A stretch of 63,047 bases of DNA, the filler included, from Dicyema japonicum (taxonomy: Eukaryota > Animalia > Dicyemida), in NCBI GenBank assembly GCA_011109175.1. It is 5 parts of 5 records of this genome, joined end to end, with 100 filler letters (N's around TTAATTAATTAA, not from the genome) between each part and the next. Parts side by side here need not be neighbours in the genome. Positions count along the whole stretch, not along the records: positions 1 to 16,974 come from RDEW01000001.1; positions 17,075 to 32,010 come from RDEW01000111.1; 3 more parts are not named here. One strand, written 5' to 3'. Numbering within the stretch: the first letter of the stretch is position 1; each line of letters begins with the position of its first letter. Shown piece by piece: positions 11,298-22,039 of this stretch. Made by a program: the position numbers and the translations under genes. Under the pieces are notes generated by a model. That model searched no databases and was not told where the DNA came from. It worked only from the letters and a program-made list of their open reading frames with translations.

Positions 11298-12619
11298 TCA
11301 AACTAATTAATATTATCGATCGATACACCTTCTGTCTTTAATGTAGTAGTAGAGGCTAGAGCTATGATTAGTAATGAAACCTGCTGTTGTCGACGGAGTA
11401 GTTGAAGCTATGAAAGTAACAAGTCACTATACCATTAGTCAATTGAGTGGTAGAAGCTAACGTTAATGATAAGTCATTATACCTGCATTCGTCGACGGAG
11501 TAGTAGAAGCTAGGAAAGTAACAAGTCACTATACCATTAGTCAATTGAGTGGTAGAAGCTAACGTTAATGATAAGTCATTATACCTGCATTCGTCGACGG
11601 AGTAGTAGAAGCTAGGAAAGTAACAAGTCACTATACCATTAGTCAATTGAGTGGTAGAAGCTAACGTTAATGATAAGTCATTATACCTGCATTCGTCGAC
11701 GGAGTAGTAGAAGCTAGGAAAGTAACAAGTCACTATACCATTAGTCAATTGAGTGGTAGAAGCTAACGTTAATGAGAAGCTAGGAAAGTAACAAGTCACT
11801 ATACCATTAGTCAATTGAGTGGTAGAAGCTAACGTTAATGATAAGTCATTATACCTGCATTCGTCGACGGAGTAGTAGAAGCTATGAAAGTAACAAGTCA
11901 CTATACCATTAGTCAATTGAGTGGTAGAAGCTAACGTTAATGATAAGTCATCATACATGTTGTCGTCGACGGAGTAGTAGAAGCTAAAGAAATGACTAGT
12001 CATCATACATTCAGCAAATGGAAAAATAAAAGCTGAGGTTTATGAAAAATCATTATACCTCTTAGTGTCGATTGAGTAGTAGAAGCTAGGGAAATGAACA
12101 GTCATTAAACCATTAGTAAATAGAGTGGTAGAAGCTACGTTAATAAACAGTCACTATACCTGCAGTCATCGACGGAGTAGTAGAATCTAGAGAATTGACT
12201 AGTCATTATACCTGTTGTCGTCGACTGAGTAATAGAAGCTAGGGAAATGACTATTCATCATACCTGTTGTCGTCGACTGAGTAGTAGAAGCTAGGGAAAT
12301 GACTATTCATTATACCTGTTGTCGTCGACTGAGTAGTAGATGCTAGGGAAATGACTAGTCATTATACCTGTTGTCGTCGACGGAGTAGTAGAATCTAGGG
12401 AAGTGACTAGTCATCATACTTGTTGTCGTCGACGGAGTAGTAGAATCTAGAGAATTGACTAGTCATTATACCTTCAATAAATGAAGTAGTATCTTCATTT
12501 TCTAACAATTAAAATTTACATTAATACCTTCTCCTGAACTTAATCCAATCTCTATTAATCAAAATTTACAATTTACTGGAAAATATATTGAAGAATAACA
12601 AAAGACTGACTAATATCAT
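11298..12619 (-). CDS. secreted Ser/Thr-rich mucin-like protein (~223 aa) encoded by 26 micro-exons
   Basis: ATG at 12619; signal-peptide-like MILVSLLLFFNIFSKIGLSS, then acidic GEENED. 24 internal exons of 24/27/30 nt, all phase 1-1. 25 GT-AG introns: 16 of 25 nt, 8 of 26 nt, one of 42 nt. Spliced CDS is 672 nt with repeats ASTTPSTTT, ASTTQLTN and ASTTPSTNA, ending TTLKTEV*. Confidence 0.85.
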
Positions 12620-13899
12620 TCAACATTTCCGTCTGTGTTCGATTATAAATATTCATCAAAGAATTTGACCTTATTTATTGTGAGTCCGAATGAATTCCAT
12701 ACACATAAAGGGATATTTGCTTATATCTTGATTTAATTTCTTTCTCTTACTAATCTCACTTCACGTAATGAAAACGTTCTTTTTTATCTCTGATGACATC
12801 AAAAAAATCTTTGTTTAAGGAGAAAATAACAATCAAAACTAACTTCACAGTCATATTTGTTCACAAAAGAGACTCCTGACAAACACCACAGATTTTAACA
12901 TTACCCTATAAGACGTCCGAATTATACTTGTAAAAAACTCGTTACTTTTATTAAGAGGATATCCCTGGGGACTTGGAATTAAATTTTTATTTTATTACAT
13001 CAAATATATATGAACGAAATTTATTTAAGTTTGGAATTTCATATATATACACAGATTGACTTTTTCTATTTTTTTGTTAGATTTGTAAAGTACATCACTG
13101 GATAACTCTCTGGGTACTCTTTGAATTATTTAAACTCAAGCCAATTATTAATTTGAAACTTTTTTATATGATATTTGGAGTATTAACCAAATTTTTGAAA
13201 TATCTTAATAATTTCAAGAATCATTTATATTATGAATGTGCTATTTATGGATTTGATCTTTTATAGACATATGAATTCGTCATCTGCTTTCAATTGGCAC
13301 AAAAATGAGTAACTAAAAGCTATTAATTGTTTTTTTAAACTCAAACGATTGAATAATCAATCAGTATAATTTATCTTATTTGTTATTTCCAATTGCTCAT
13401 CAGTGTAAGCTCACAGTCGCCTTCGATTACTTGGATCCACTTATTCTTATGGTGACTTCATTGAACTATAATTTGGGACTATGAATGCCCCTGGCTGACT
13501 GGTGGAACTTAATAAAACCTATTATGCGTAACTCTGGAGTTATTCAAAACTATGAGAAACCTAAAAAGTATTCAGTACGGCGATTTTTGTCATTAAGTAA
13601 AAAATTCATATGTTCTTTAAATTTGTTTGAAACTTGCACTAACAATTTAATAACATTCGCAATTTCGTGTTAGTTAACAAATTCTTTTTATATAAAATAT
13701 AGCTTACATATTTTTTTCCACTACCAACTCGACAGATCACGATATTATTCAACAGGACATCTCAAATGTAATTCTTAATCAAAAATATTATTTAAATCAA
13801 TAGTTATAAAATCAAAAAATCAAAATTAGAATTAGGACAATTATGTAAAATAATTTATTGATTTTATTATTGATTTTATTGAGTTTTTGTAAAGATACT

Positions 13900-14230
13900 T
13901 ACTTGTCTCTTTGCCGAACTCATCAGCGTATATGGAAAAACTAGACTCTTTCCACAGTGGTCAGCTGATAAAAATAACAGAAACTACATGCCTACGAGAA
14001 TATTGAGGAATGCTTTATATAAGAGATGCAGCACTAGACCTATCAGCTAAAAAGTACTAGAATCCCGATTGAAGCTCTTCGACACATATCTATTGAAACA
14101 TACTATGTTAGTCAAAAAATCAGCAATCGTGGAAGACCTAGGAACAACACTACCAATAGTCTAACTAAAAGACCTGATCAATATCATAAGAAATCTAAAA
14201 AATGCCGACGACCTAGAAAACATGAATGCT
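13900..14230 (+). mobile_element. RTE-like LINE 3' remnant
   Basis: LYIRDAA/RCSTRPIS..ESRLKLF..RGRPR; same type as 18503-18850. Confidence 0.5.
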
Positions 14231-15541
14231 TTGTCTAGGCACTAGTGAGCATGAAAAAGGATGTCATCTAACCTTGTTTCTTTTGCTGCACTTGCAGGGC
14301 TATAATTAGTATGGCTCTCGTGAAGTGCTTGAATAAATAAATACAAACTTGTCATCAAATGTCATGTCTCGTTCAATCAAGAAGGTCATTTGAAATGGTT
14401 AGACTGTTATTAGCAAATATTTTGGTGAATTTTATATCAACTCACAAATTTTCTATCAAAAGCTTTTTATTGATTATTTTGTCTAAGAAACCTTTCAACC
14501 TAAAAGTTCATTTTTATCACTATTTCAAAGGTTTTACTGTAAAAATATCTGTTTTTTTCATTCCATCTACTCACTCTGGGATCAATAGGTCACTAATCAT
14601 TATTTGAATATGATTTCTTTGCATTAATGGAACATTAAAGTTTACAAAAATTATTTGAGGTTTTGGATATCGTTTTCGAGCTAGGGGACAACTAGCCTGT
14701 AGGCAAGTAACTTCACAGTACAAGACGCAGCTAACATATTCAAAAATGTATCATAATTTTAGTATTTTAGAATCAATAAAGTCAATTTTTTATGTCAAAA
14801 TTTCTGATCTATAAAATCAAAAATAGCCCTAGTCTACCTAAGAATCTAAAGTTTATCTGAGCTGGTGGGGGTTGAATAACGGATTTTGTTCTTTCACTAA
14901 TAAACGTCCAATTGCGTAAGACACAAACTTTATTTTAAGAGAAGAAAAAGAAGTGAACTTTGCATATAAATTGTTCTTAACTTCTTTTAGTAGCGTGCGA
15001 GTCCCTTCAGTCCGCAGATATCACTGATGACGTAATGAAAGCCATGAGACAGGTGGATCACATGACGTCATAGAAAAAGATAGAATTCGTTGCTGATGGT
15101 ATGACTAGTGCAATAAATGCTATACAATATCAAACATCACCTTTGACCTCAGCTCACATCAGTCAAATGAAAAATTCCAGATATCCTACTGTAGCTGTGG
15201 GTTCGATTCTCACACTTCTATTTACTTGATCGAGATTCTTTACAGCTATTTTTTTCGTCTGTCCTAGAAACACCATTAGACCACATAATTCAGGAGACGA
15301 GACAACATAATATCACAAAAATTTATTTAATTTTAATATTTAATAAAATTAATGTAGCTTTAAATTACAAAGCAATTGACCTGAGTATACAACATCAGAA
15401 TCAATACTTTGTAACTAAGCAACTAATATGGACTTGTAATTAAAAGAGCCATAAAACATTGATGAATTTACAATATATGTATTAAGTGGTATTATCTTGC
15501 TAAACTACGGTCTCAATTCCATTCAGGAGACCTTTGGGTCA

Positions 15542-16324
15542 ATGTCCAACTCAGTTCAATCAAGAAATATCCTTTTTAAATTTAATTATGATTTTAAATC
15601 ATTTCCTTAGTTTTTACTTGACGGGTTTAGCAGAAAGGTTGAGGAAGTGGAAAGAAACATTGGGGGATTGGTTTCCCAAGCTGGTTTATCGCAGATAACT
15701 AAGTAAATAGCGCTTACTGATTTGATAAATTAAAATAAACTAGTTATCCTAATATTTATACTCCACATACTCTGAGAAACCTTGATTTGAATTTAATCTG
15801 CGTTTACGTAAGTGTAGCGGTCTATTTTTCTCATATCGTGACAATTGGAGGCATTTATGAGATATTGGATGCACAGAATATCGAACTGAGTTCAAGTCTC
15901 GCTCAAAAAATTAGAGCAGCGCCATCTGTTATTGCCGATGAAGCGGAAAGAAACATTGGAAGTCTAATTATTTTGGCTAGCAAACTACATACATCTAATC
16001 GAAAAATGAAGAGATCACGGATATCGAGGGCGCGTTATATGCTAATTAGTTAAGTAACACGGGACTCACAAATTTTTAGGATAACAGAAGCTACTAAGTA
16101 TGTCGCAGCAAATGCTAGTCGCTTCCATAAATCGGCCATCTTTGGAATTGTAAACGAATAGCGTACTAGATCAGGTAATTCAAATAGATAATTTGAAGTC
16201 AACTCTAAGAGGTTGCAATAAGGAACAGAAGACATCGTTTGCATCATCCTGTTTACGTACGTTAGTTGATAGAGATCTGTATATTTTATGCTTCTTTTGT
16301 ATAAGAACTATATTAGAAGCTTAA
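15542..16324 (+). CDS. candidate orphan protein (~215-225 aa), tiny-intron gene
   Basis: Continuous frame after removing GT-AG introns 15610-15630 (21 nt), 15703-15743 (41), 16034-16054 (21) and 16150-16174 (25); optional in-frame 27-nt intron near the 3' end. Internal repeat EEVERNIGGL / DEAERNIGSL. Start codon uncertain. Confidence 0.45.
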
Positions 16325-16744
16325 TGGGATATTAATGGATGGAGACTCTCAGACCTAAATGAGATTTTTTTATTTAAGAAACTCCGAGATCACCTGGAAA
16401 GAAACTTCAAACAAAAAAAACGCTTGATCACAACTTCTTGCAATATTTTAGAATACCTCGAGTGATCTTCTAGCAATCCTGCCGTCTTTTAGAAGTTTTT
16501 TCTTTATTTCTGCAGCAAAACTCATTCTTGGTGTTATTATTCAGTAGTTATCGGCATTCATCAATATGGTAAATTATTTATCCCAAGTAGCTTGAGATAC
16601 TTAGATTTTAAATTTTTGCAACCATCGAAATATCGATTTATTAATTTATTGGAACAATTACAAAAAATAAAATATTAAAAAATCTATTAAAATTTATAAA
16701 ATAAAATACATTTCCATAGAAACTTAAAAATTAATGCTAAAACA

Positions 16745-16974
16745 ATGTCCGTCATAATTACAGGAGATAACCCTAAAACTTCTCTAGTAGAACTAATTGC
16801 ATATAATTTAGCAGCTGGGAGAGCCTTCGGAAATAAAGTATTAATTTGGTATAAAATTAGAAAATATCGCTCACAATGTATCAACTTGGAGGGGATCAAA
16901 GCGAACTCGACAAAATCGTCGAAAATATTGAAGAATGCAGTTTAACTACTCTGAATGCAATAAATACTAATGAG
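16745..16974 (+). CDS. cytosolic malate dehydrogenase-like protein, N-terminal part (cut by contig end)
   Basis: Exons 16745-16837 and 16861-16974, 23-nt intron. VIITG...IAYNLAAGRAFGNKKISLTMY...LDKIVENIEECSLTTL aligns by eye to MDH1 VLVTG...[22 protein letters not shown]...LDGVLMELQDCALPLL. Confidence 0.65.
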
Positions 16975-17074
16975 NNNNNNNNNNNNNNNNNNNNNNNNNN
17001 NNNNNNNNNNNNNNNNNNTTAATTAATTAANNNNNNNNNNNNNNNNNNNNNNNNNNNNNNNNNNNNNNNNNNNN
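16975..17074. other. artificial contig linker (N44-TTAATTAATTAA-N44); identical linkers at 32011-32110, 48228-48327 and 61522-61621
   Basis: Identical 100-nt structure four times; the 12-mer places stops in all six frames. Confidence 0.95.
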
Positions 17075-17401
17075 TAAAACTGGAATGAATAAGCATTGTC
17101 GAAAATAGCTCTAATGTAATCCACAAACTCAAGGTACGACATCGCTCTGATCTTCTCACGGTCAACTGGGGTCGTCTCTTTCCCCGCGAGAACATCCTCC
17201 AAGAACCTCTTAAATACAACTTCCTTCAGTTTTTTGCAATATTCCTCCTTTTTAATTCTCCATTCCTAATATGAGTCACACTAATACATTTTCTAGATCC
17301 CTAATCTTCGATTTCACCCTTTGTCTGTACCTGGTTGCCGCCAGTCTGTTCTTCTTCCTTACTCTATCATCCATCAATGAATCGCCGTGAATATCGCACA
17401 T
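17075..17401 (-). CDS. small bZIP-domain protein (~101 aa), one 22-nt intron
   Basis: Exons 17401-17288 and 17265-17075; intron gtattagtgtgactcatattag. Basic region RVRKKNRLAATRYRQR fits N-x7-R-x9-L. The frame runs to TA+N at the contig edge. Confidence 0.7.
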
Positions 17402-17879
17402 ATTTCGCGATGTTACGTTTATATTCGATTATAGTTCGTTACCTCGTCGCAACGAAATTTCGACAGTTTTAAATTTGCGCAAACCTGTCAGCCGCTTTTA
17501 GTGCCTGATTTGACTGATAAAAACTAGAAGTAGTTAACTTTAGTGGTTGAGGTTGTGAAGTCAATCTCCACGTGTTTAATCCACGTTTGGACGGTCAATG
17601 ACAGAGGCCTAAAAGACTGAAGAGTCACCACGTCAGTATTTGCCTCCATGCAGAAGATCAATCCGCTGCTATCAAGACAAGTCAAAGAAGGTTTTCTTTT
17701 TTTCAATTCCTTCGCTCAGACTTTTGATCAAACAGCATCCTCCAATAGCATATCCTTCGTCGACGATCCCAATATATCAGTTCTCCGTGAGCCAGATGGC
17801 TATGGACAACTTACTCGTATAATGTCATCCACTTTAACTTTGTTTTAGTGGTGCTTAAAGAACTTGCCCCCAATACCAT

Positions 17880-18200
17880 CTCAGGTTTATGGAAAAGGAT
17901 TACTGACAATAATTCAGAAAGGAAGTAAGCTTGTCAGGCCGATTGAAAATGAAAACGAAGAAGAAATACAAAGAGCTACACAATCGGTTACCTCTCTGCC
18001 CCATAGTAGTTGAGACAACTGAAGAAATAAGCAGGACATCACTTCGTTTTCTAAAGAGGCTGGGACGCCTGGTTACATTCAAAAGCCACGACACACGTGA
18101 GACTCGGTGGCTTCTCTCTGTTGCTATCGTGAAAGTCAACGCAACTTCAATTATGTCGGCGGGGGTCATTTTTGATTGATTTTTGTGTTTTAATAAAGTT
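17880..18200 (+). mobile_element. 3' remnant of CRE-type retrotransposon
   Basis: KKYKEL..PIVVETT..LRFLKRLG..RETRWLLSVAIVKVNATSIMSAG. Confidence 0.75.
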
Positions 18201-18502
18201 TGATTGACTGCTTCAAAGTCAAAGTGGCTTCAAAATTGGGAGGTTTACAGTCGATATAGGTGTATCAGGGTATTCAGCAAAGATTTCAGACTACCACAAC
18301 AATTCGTGGAGTTGAAGGAGGTATACTACACGGATTCCACCTTCAGAAAGCTACAGTCCGACCCCGAATTGGGGCAGACCCCAGGGGTGGGGCACCCTCG
18401 AATTTTGGGGAATTTTTTGGCCAACATTTTGGCAGAGTAAAATGGAAAATCGATAAAAAAATATGGAAATTTTGGGGCACTGTAAAATTGTGGGGAATGA
18501 AT

Positions 18503-18850
18503 TTATAAGTAAATAAAATTATATTTTATTAATAAATATAATTTTGGAGTCAACATATCCATTCGTAAGATGTGACCAAAAAGTCTCCACCTAGCCTTGA
18601 GAATCTCCTCTGATAATGGCCTTACGCCACATCTTTTGTACAGTTCTGAATTTGATATCTTTTTCGGGAAATGTATTCTCAAGATGTTTCTTAGTTGATT
18701 TCTATGAAATTGATCCAGATTGTCCATTTCCCGTTTCGCAATCCCCCATGTCCCACAGTTGTATGTCAGGACTGGAACCACGAATGTTTTATACAATTTT
18801 AGCTTATAAAATATTTCCATCTAACATGAAAAATGCAACCTCTCGATCCC
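18503..18850 (-). mobile_element. RTE-clade LINE, post-RT C-terminal fragment
   Basis: KLKLYKTFVVPVLTYNCGTW...KISNSELYKRCGVRPLSEEILKARWRLFGHILRM. Confidence 0.85.
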
Positions 18851-18959
18851 ACTCTTAATGGATTCAAAAGACATCGGAAACCTGATAATTTAAAATAAGG
18901 GAGCGCATGAGTTATCAATGTCTGGGTTTGAATCCAAAGCTATCCCATATTGGAGAAAC

Positions 18960-19070
18960 TCGGGTATGCCTGAACCGTATCTGATTGCTTATCGGGACAA
19001 GAGAGACAAAAGCTGGCTTATTGGGCGCATTTACTTACTGATCGTCAGGGGAAATAGGTTTTAAACTAAA
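18960..19070 (+). mobile_element. very short 3' remnant of CRE-type retrotransposon
   Basis: RDKRDKSWLIGRIYLLIVRGN. Confidence 0.55.
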
Positions 19071-19483
19071 TTTATTGAGCCAGAAAAACACCGTGGGAGG
19101 ATACTGGACGTGGCACAAGGGGAACTTAATTAATCTAATTAATTTTTGATTTCCCGGGAGTGCTTAAAAAAACATTTCTAAGGAATTATGGGGACTTACG
19201 AATAAAAGTGGGTTCTGTGTCATAAGAGTCATATCCATGTAAGCGTCCAGTTTATCATGGAAAAGTTCTATAAATGTGCTGTTGTCAAAATCTGAGCCCG
19301 GGACAAGTAAAATTTAACTTTTCTATTTCGTGAAGGCACAACATCTTTTAGACCATTGAAAGAGAGTTAGATTATTTCTTCTTTCTCTCTCAACAAATAT
19401 GATACGCACGTCGGAGCTGATAATTAGAGGCTATTTCAAGTACATTCTGGTCTTCAGAACAAATTAAAAAAAGTTGAATGTAC

Positions 19484-21093
19484 TAGGGCGATTTTTGTCA
19501 ATAAAGTCAAAAATTGATATGTTTTTTATAATTGTTTAAAACTTATAAAAATGTAGTTTTTAATCCAAAATATTATATTAATCAAAAGTTATAAAGCCAA
19601 AAAAGTCAAAATTTTGGGTTATGTCAGAAAAGGTTAAAATTTAATTTTTAAGGTCAATAAAGTCAAAATTTTTATTGATTTTATTTTTTAATTTTTCGAG
19701 TTTTTGAATAAAACACTAGCGTGAGATCAATTATCATCATTCACAGTGTTCCGCGTTCAATCAAGAATGAAATTGAAAAGATTAAGTCTGTTGTTAGAAA
19801 ATATCTTAATGGAAATCTTTTTTGGAATTTATGTGGGATTTTTGTAACTGCAAAAAAGCAATTTGAATAGAATCATATAGATCTTCTAAGAAGCATATCA
19901 AATTAGCAGGTTTATTATTTTCTCATTACTATTTTAGAGCTTGACGCACTCTCCTGGAGACGCAGCCGACCAGGCGGAGGTCAAGAAGATCCATAAGTAC
20001 AAATCCCTGGAGACCATTACCATTTCGCTCCCATTGCTGTGGAGACAACTGGAACTGTAGGCGCGAAGACGGAAGCCATTCTCCACAGCATTGGAAGCAA
20101 ACTCGCTTCAAAAAGGTGCGAACCACGGGAATGACTCTGGTTAGAGGCAGAGGCTCGAAATGGCGATTATCAGAGGTAGCGCCTTCGCCATTTCTGTCGT
20201 CCTAATTATTGCCTAATTTTCATTATTAATCTTTTATAATAATAAAAAAATTTTAAAAATGTCAATATTATAAAACACATTGATTTTCTCCTCCCATCTT
20301 CCATTAAGGCTTTTGTCGAATCCGATATTCCCTTGCATAAGTTGAACAGTAAAAGCTTACGAGACTTGTTTGAGAGTATTAGACATAATCTTTCTTCTAC
20401 TTACGCTTTCCGAAAAAAGTGTAGAAAATTTATGCCAGAAGCAGCTTGACAGAATTGAATTATTTTTGAGGTTTTATTTTCATTCATTTAAATCTGAAAA
20501 ATTTTGTTTTTATTTACGAAACTGATATCCGGGGACAGAAATATGTCAATTCTATTGGAAGAATTTCTGATCTCAATAAAATATTTTTAATATCTTGTCG
20601 TCATTGTTTTCTGCGGCTAACTCTTCGTTTATCGTTCAGATAATTTTGCGATAGATTGTGAAGACGCTGTTGAACAAATTCAGAAATTGCATTTCGGGGA
20701 CGATTATGTGGAATCAGGAACTACTGAAATCAAGAATAATTGTCAATCTGGTTCTTTCTATCACAAAACTGGAAAAACAACATATTTCTACTTATGTATA
20801 CAACTATCTGAAAAAGTGTCCTTCCACGTCATGGAATCGTTTGTCAGCGGGTTTCGCATATTTGTTGAGATAAGTTTTTCTTTATTGAAAAAATTACTAT
20901 CTAAGACCGAAATTTTAAACCCAAAAAAGTTATTAATTACATTATTCTGTATTTTAATAAAGATTTTGATTAGTTTTTTATATTAAAAAAAGTTTTTCTG
21001 TAGATAAATTTATCATAAAGTTAAAAAAGGTCAAAATTTTGAAATTTTAAAGTCAATTAAGTCAATTTTTAGGTTAAAATAAAAATCGCCTTA
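19484..21093 (+). mobile_element. internally deleted hAT-type DNA transposon (CGGBP1/DUF659-like transposase)
   Basis: Ends TAGGGCGATTTTT ... AAAAATCGCCTTA with subterminal AAAGTCAA repeats; transposase relics DIPLHKLNSKSLRDLF, ETDIRGQKYVN and YNYLKKCPSTS; no matching 8-bp TSD found. Confidence 0.6.
19930..20210 (+). mobile_element. CRE-type 3' fragment nested in the hAT element
   Basis: DAADQAEVKKIHKY..FAPIAVETTG..RQRLEMAIIRGSA. Confidence 0.8.
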
Positions 21094-21429
21094 ATAATGA
21101 GTCAAGAATTCCAGCGTTGTAGACGCAAGAAAACCAGACGTCTCAGCCTCCGAGTGGAACAAAGAGATAATCCTTGGAAAGGATTTCAACAAGACTGAGA
21201 CGTCTAAAATAAAAATAATCAAATATATCAAAGATAACTTAGACTAATTATTATCAATGACAAATATGTTCTGGAGAGGAATTACAGGTTCCATTCGCAT
21301 CTTCCAACTATGATATAATTTGTTTTAATGTTTTTTAAAATTGATGATTGATTTTTCCTGACTTTTCCCGTTAAGGCGATCAAAGGTGACTCCACCTTTG
21401 ATCCTGATGGTCTTTTATGCTTTGGTTAA

Positions 21430-21720
21430 TATTATAGTTGTCTGATGGATTTCAATTCCGTCGGATGGCATCTTTTCATTTGGTTCCTTTTTTTTATAAG
21501 TGTAAGTGTCCGGGAATTGAGGGTAGGTAGAAAATTCGTGTATGATGAGAGAGGAATAAATTTGTTGTCAGCCTTTTGAATGGCTACACTGATGATTTTT
21601 GCGGCTTTATTTATCGAACGTATATGGGATGATAGTCCTTTGACCAATTCCAGGTCTACGAAGTCAGAGAAGCCAGACCAGTTAACCCAGAGGACTGTGA
21701 AGCTTTTCAATTATGTCCAT
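21430..21720 (-). mobile_element. LINE ORF2 linker-region remnant
   Basis: NWSGF...IISVAIQKADNKFIP...LIKKRNQMKR; resembles the EN-RT linker of the LINE at 36458-38768. Confidence 0.45.
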
Positions 21721-22039
21721 AAATATGAAAATAAGTAAAAAATGGATAGAAAACGTCTTTTTCAACCTCAATAAACTAAAATTTTGCCATCATATTGGAG
21801 ACTTTAGCCGTCTTTCCAACTTCCAAAATGTCTTCTTTGCAACAAAACTTTCAACCAGAACAAAAAATCAAATCTGGAGAGACACGTTAATTAAAAACAT
21901 GGTGATTCTTCAAGAAAATATCCAAATTGGCGATACACGAAAACTAGCTGTGGATATACTCAAAAAATTTTAAAATTGAAAATTCAACATTTAATTATGG
22001 GAAGCAGTCTGCCAGGACTACTAATATTGGAAGCTTCAT

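Noticed and set aside
11298-11340. C-terminal KTEV* resembling a class I PDZ ligand
   Set aside because: The protein has a signal peptide and no transmembrane segment, so the tail would not be cytoplasmic; it also depends on the last intron being spliced
11368-12006. 212-aa repeat ORF (SVDECRYNDLSLTL...) from the ORF track
   Set aside because: By-product of the 102-bp unit being a multiple of three; the spliced reading explains the AG/GT spacing, signal peptide and composition better
11340-12470. CRISPR-like alternation of conserved and variable blocks
   Set aside because: No unique spacers and no cas genes; the blocks are exons and introns of a eukaryotic gene
17019-17030. TTAATTAATTAA recurring four times inside N runs
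   Set aside because: Six-frame-stop spacer added when contigs were concatenated
16745-17401. Apparent convergent gene pair MDH-like / bZIP
   Set aside because: Separated by an artificial TTAATTAATTAA linker; adjacency has no biological support (same for U1 versus the R4/PKHD1L1 block)
18355-18412. Four GGGG tracts, potential G-quadruplex
   Set aside because: Long uneven loops and competing CCCC tracts; probably a transposon terminus
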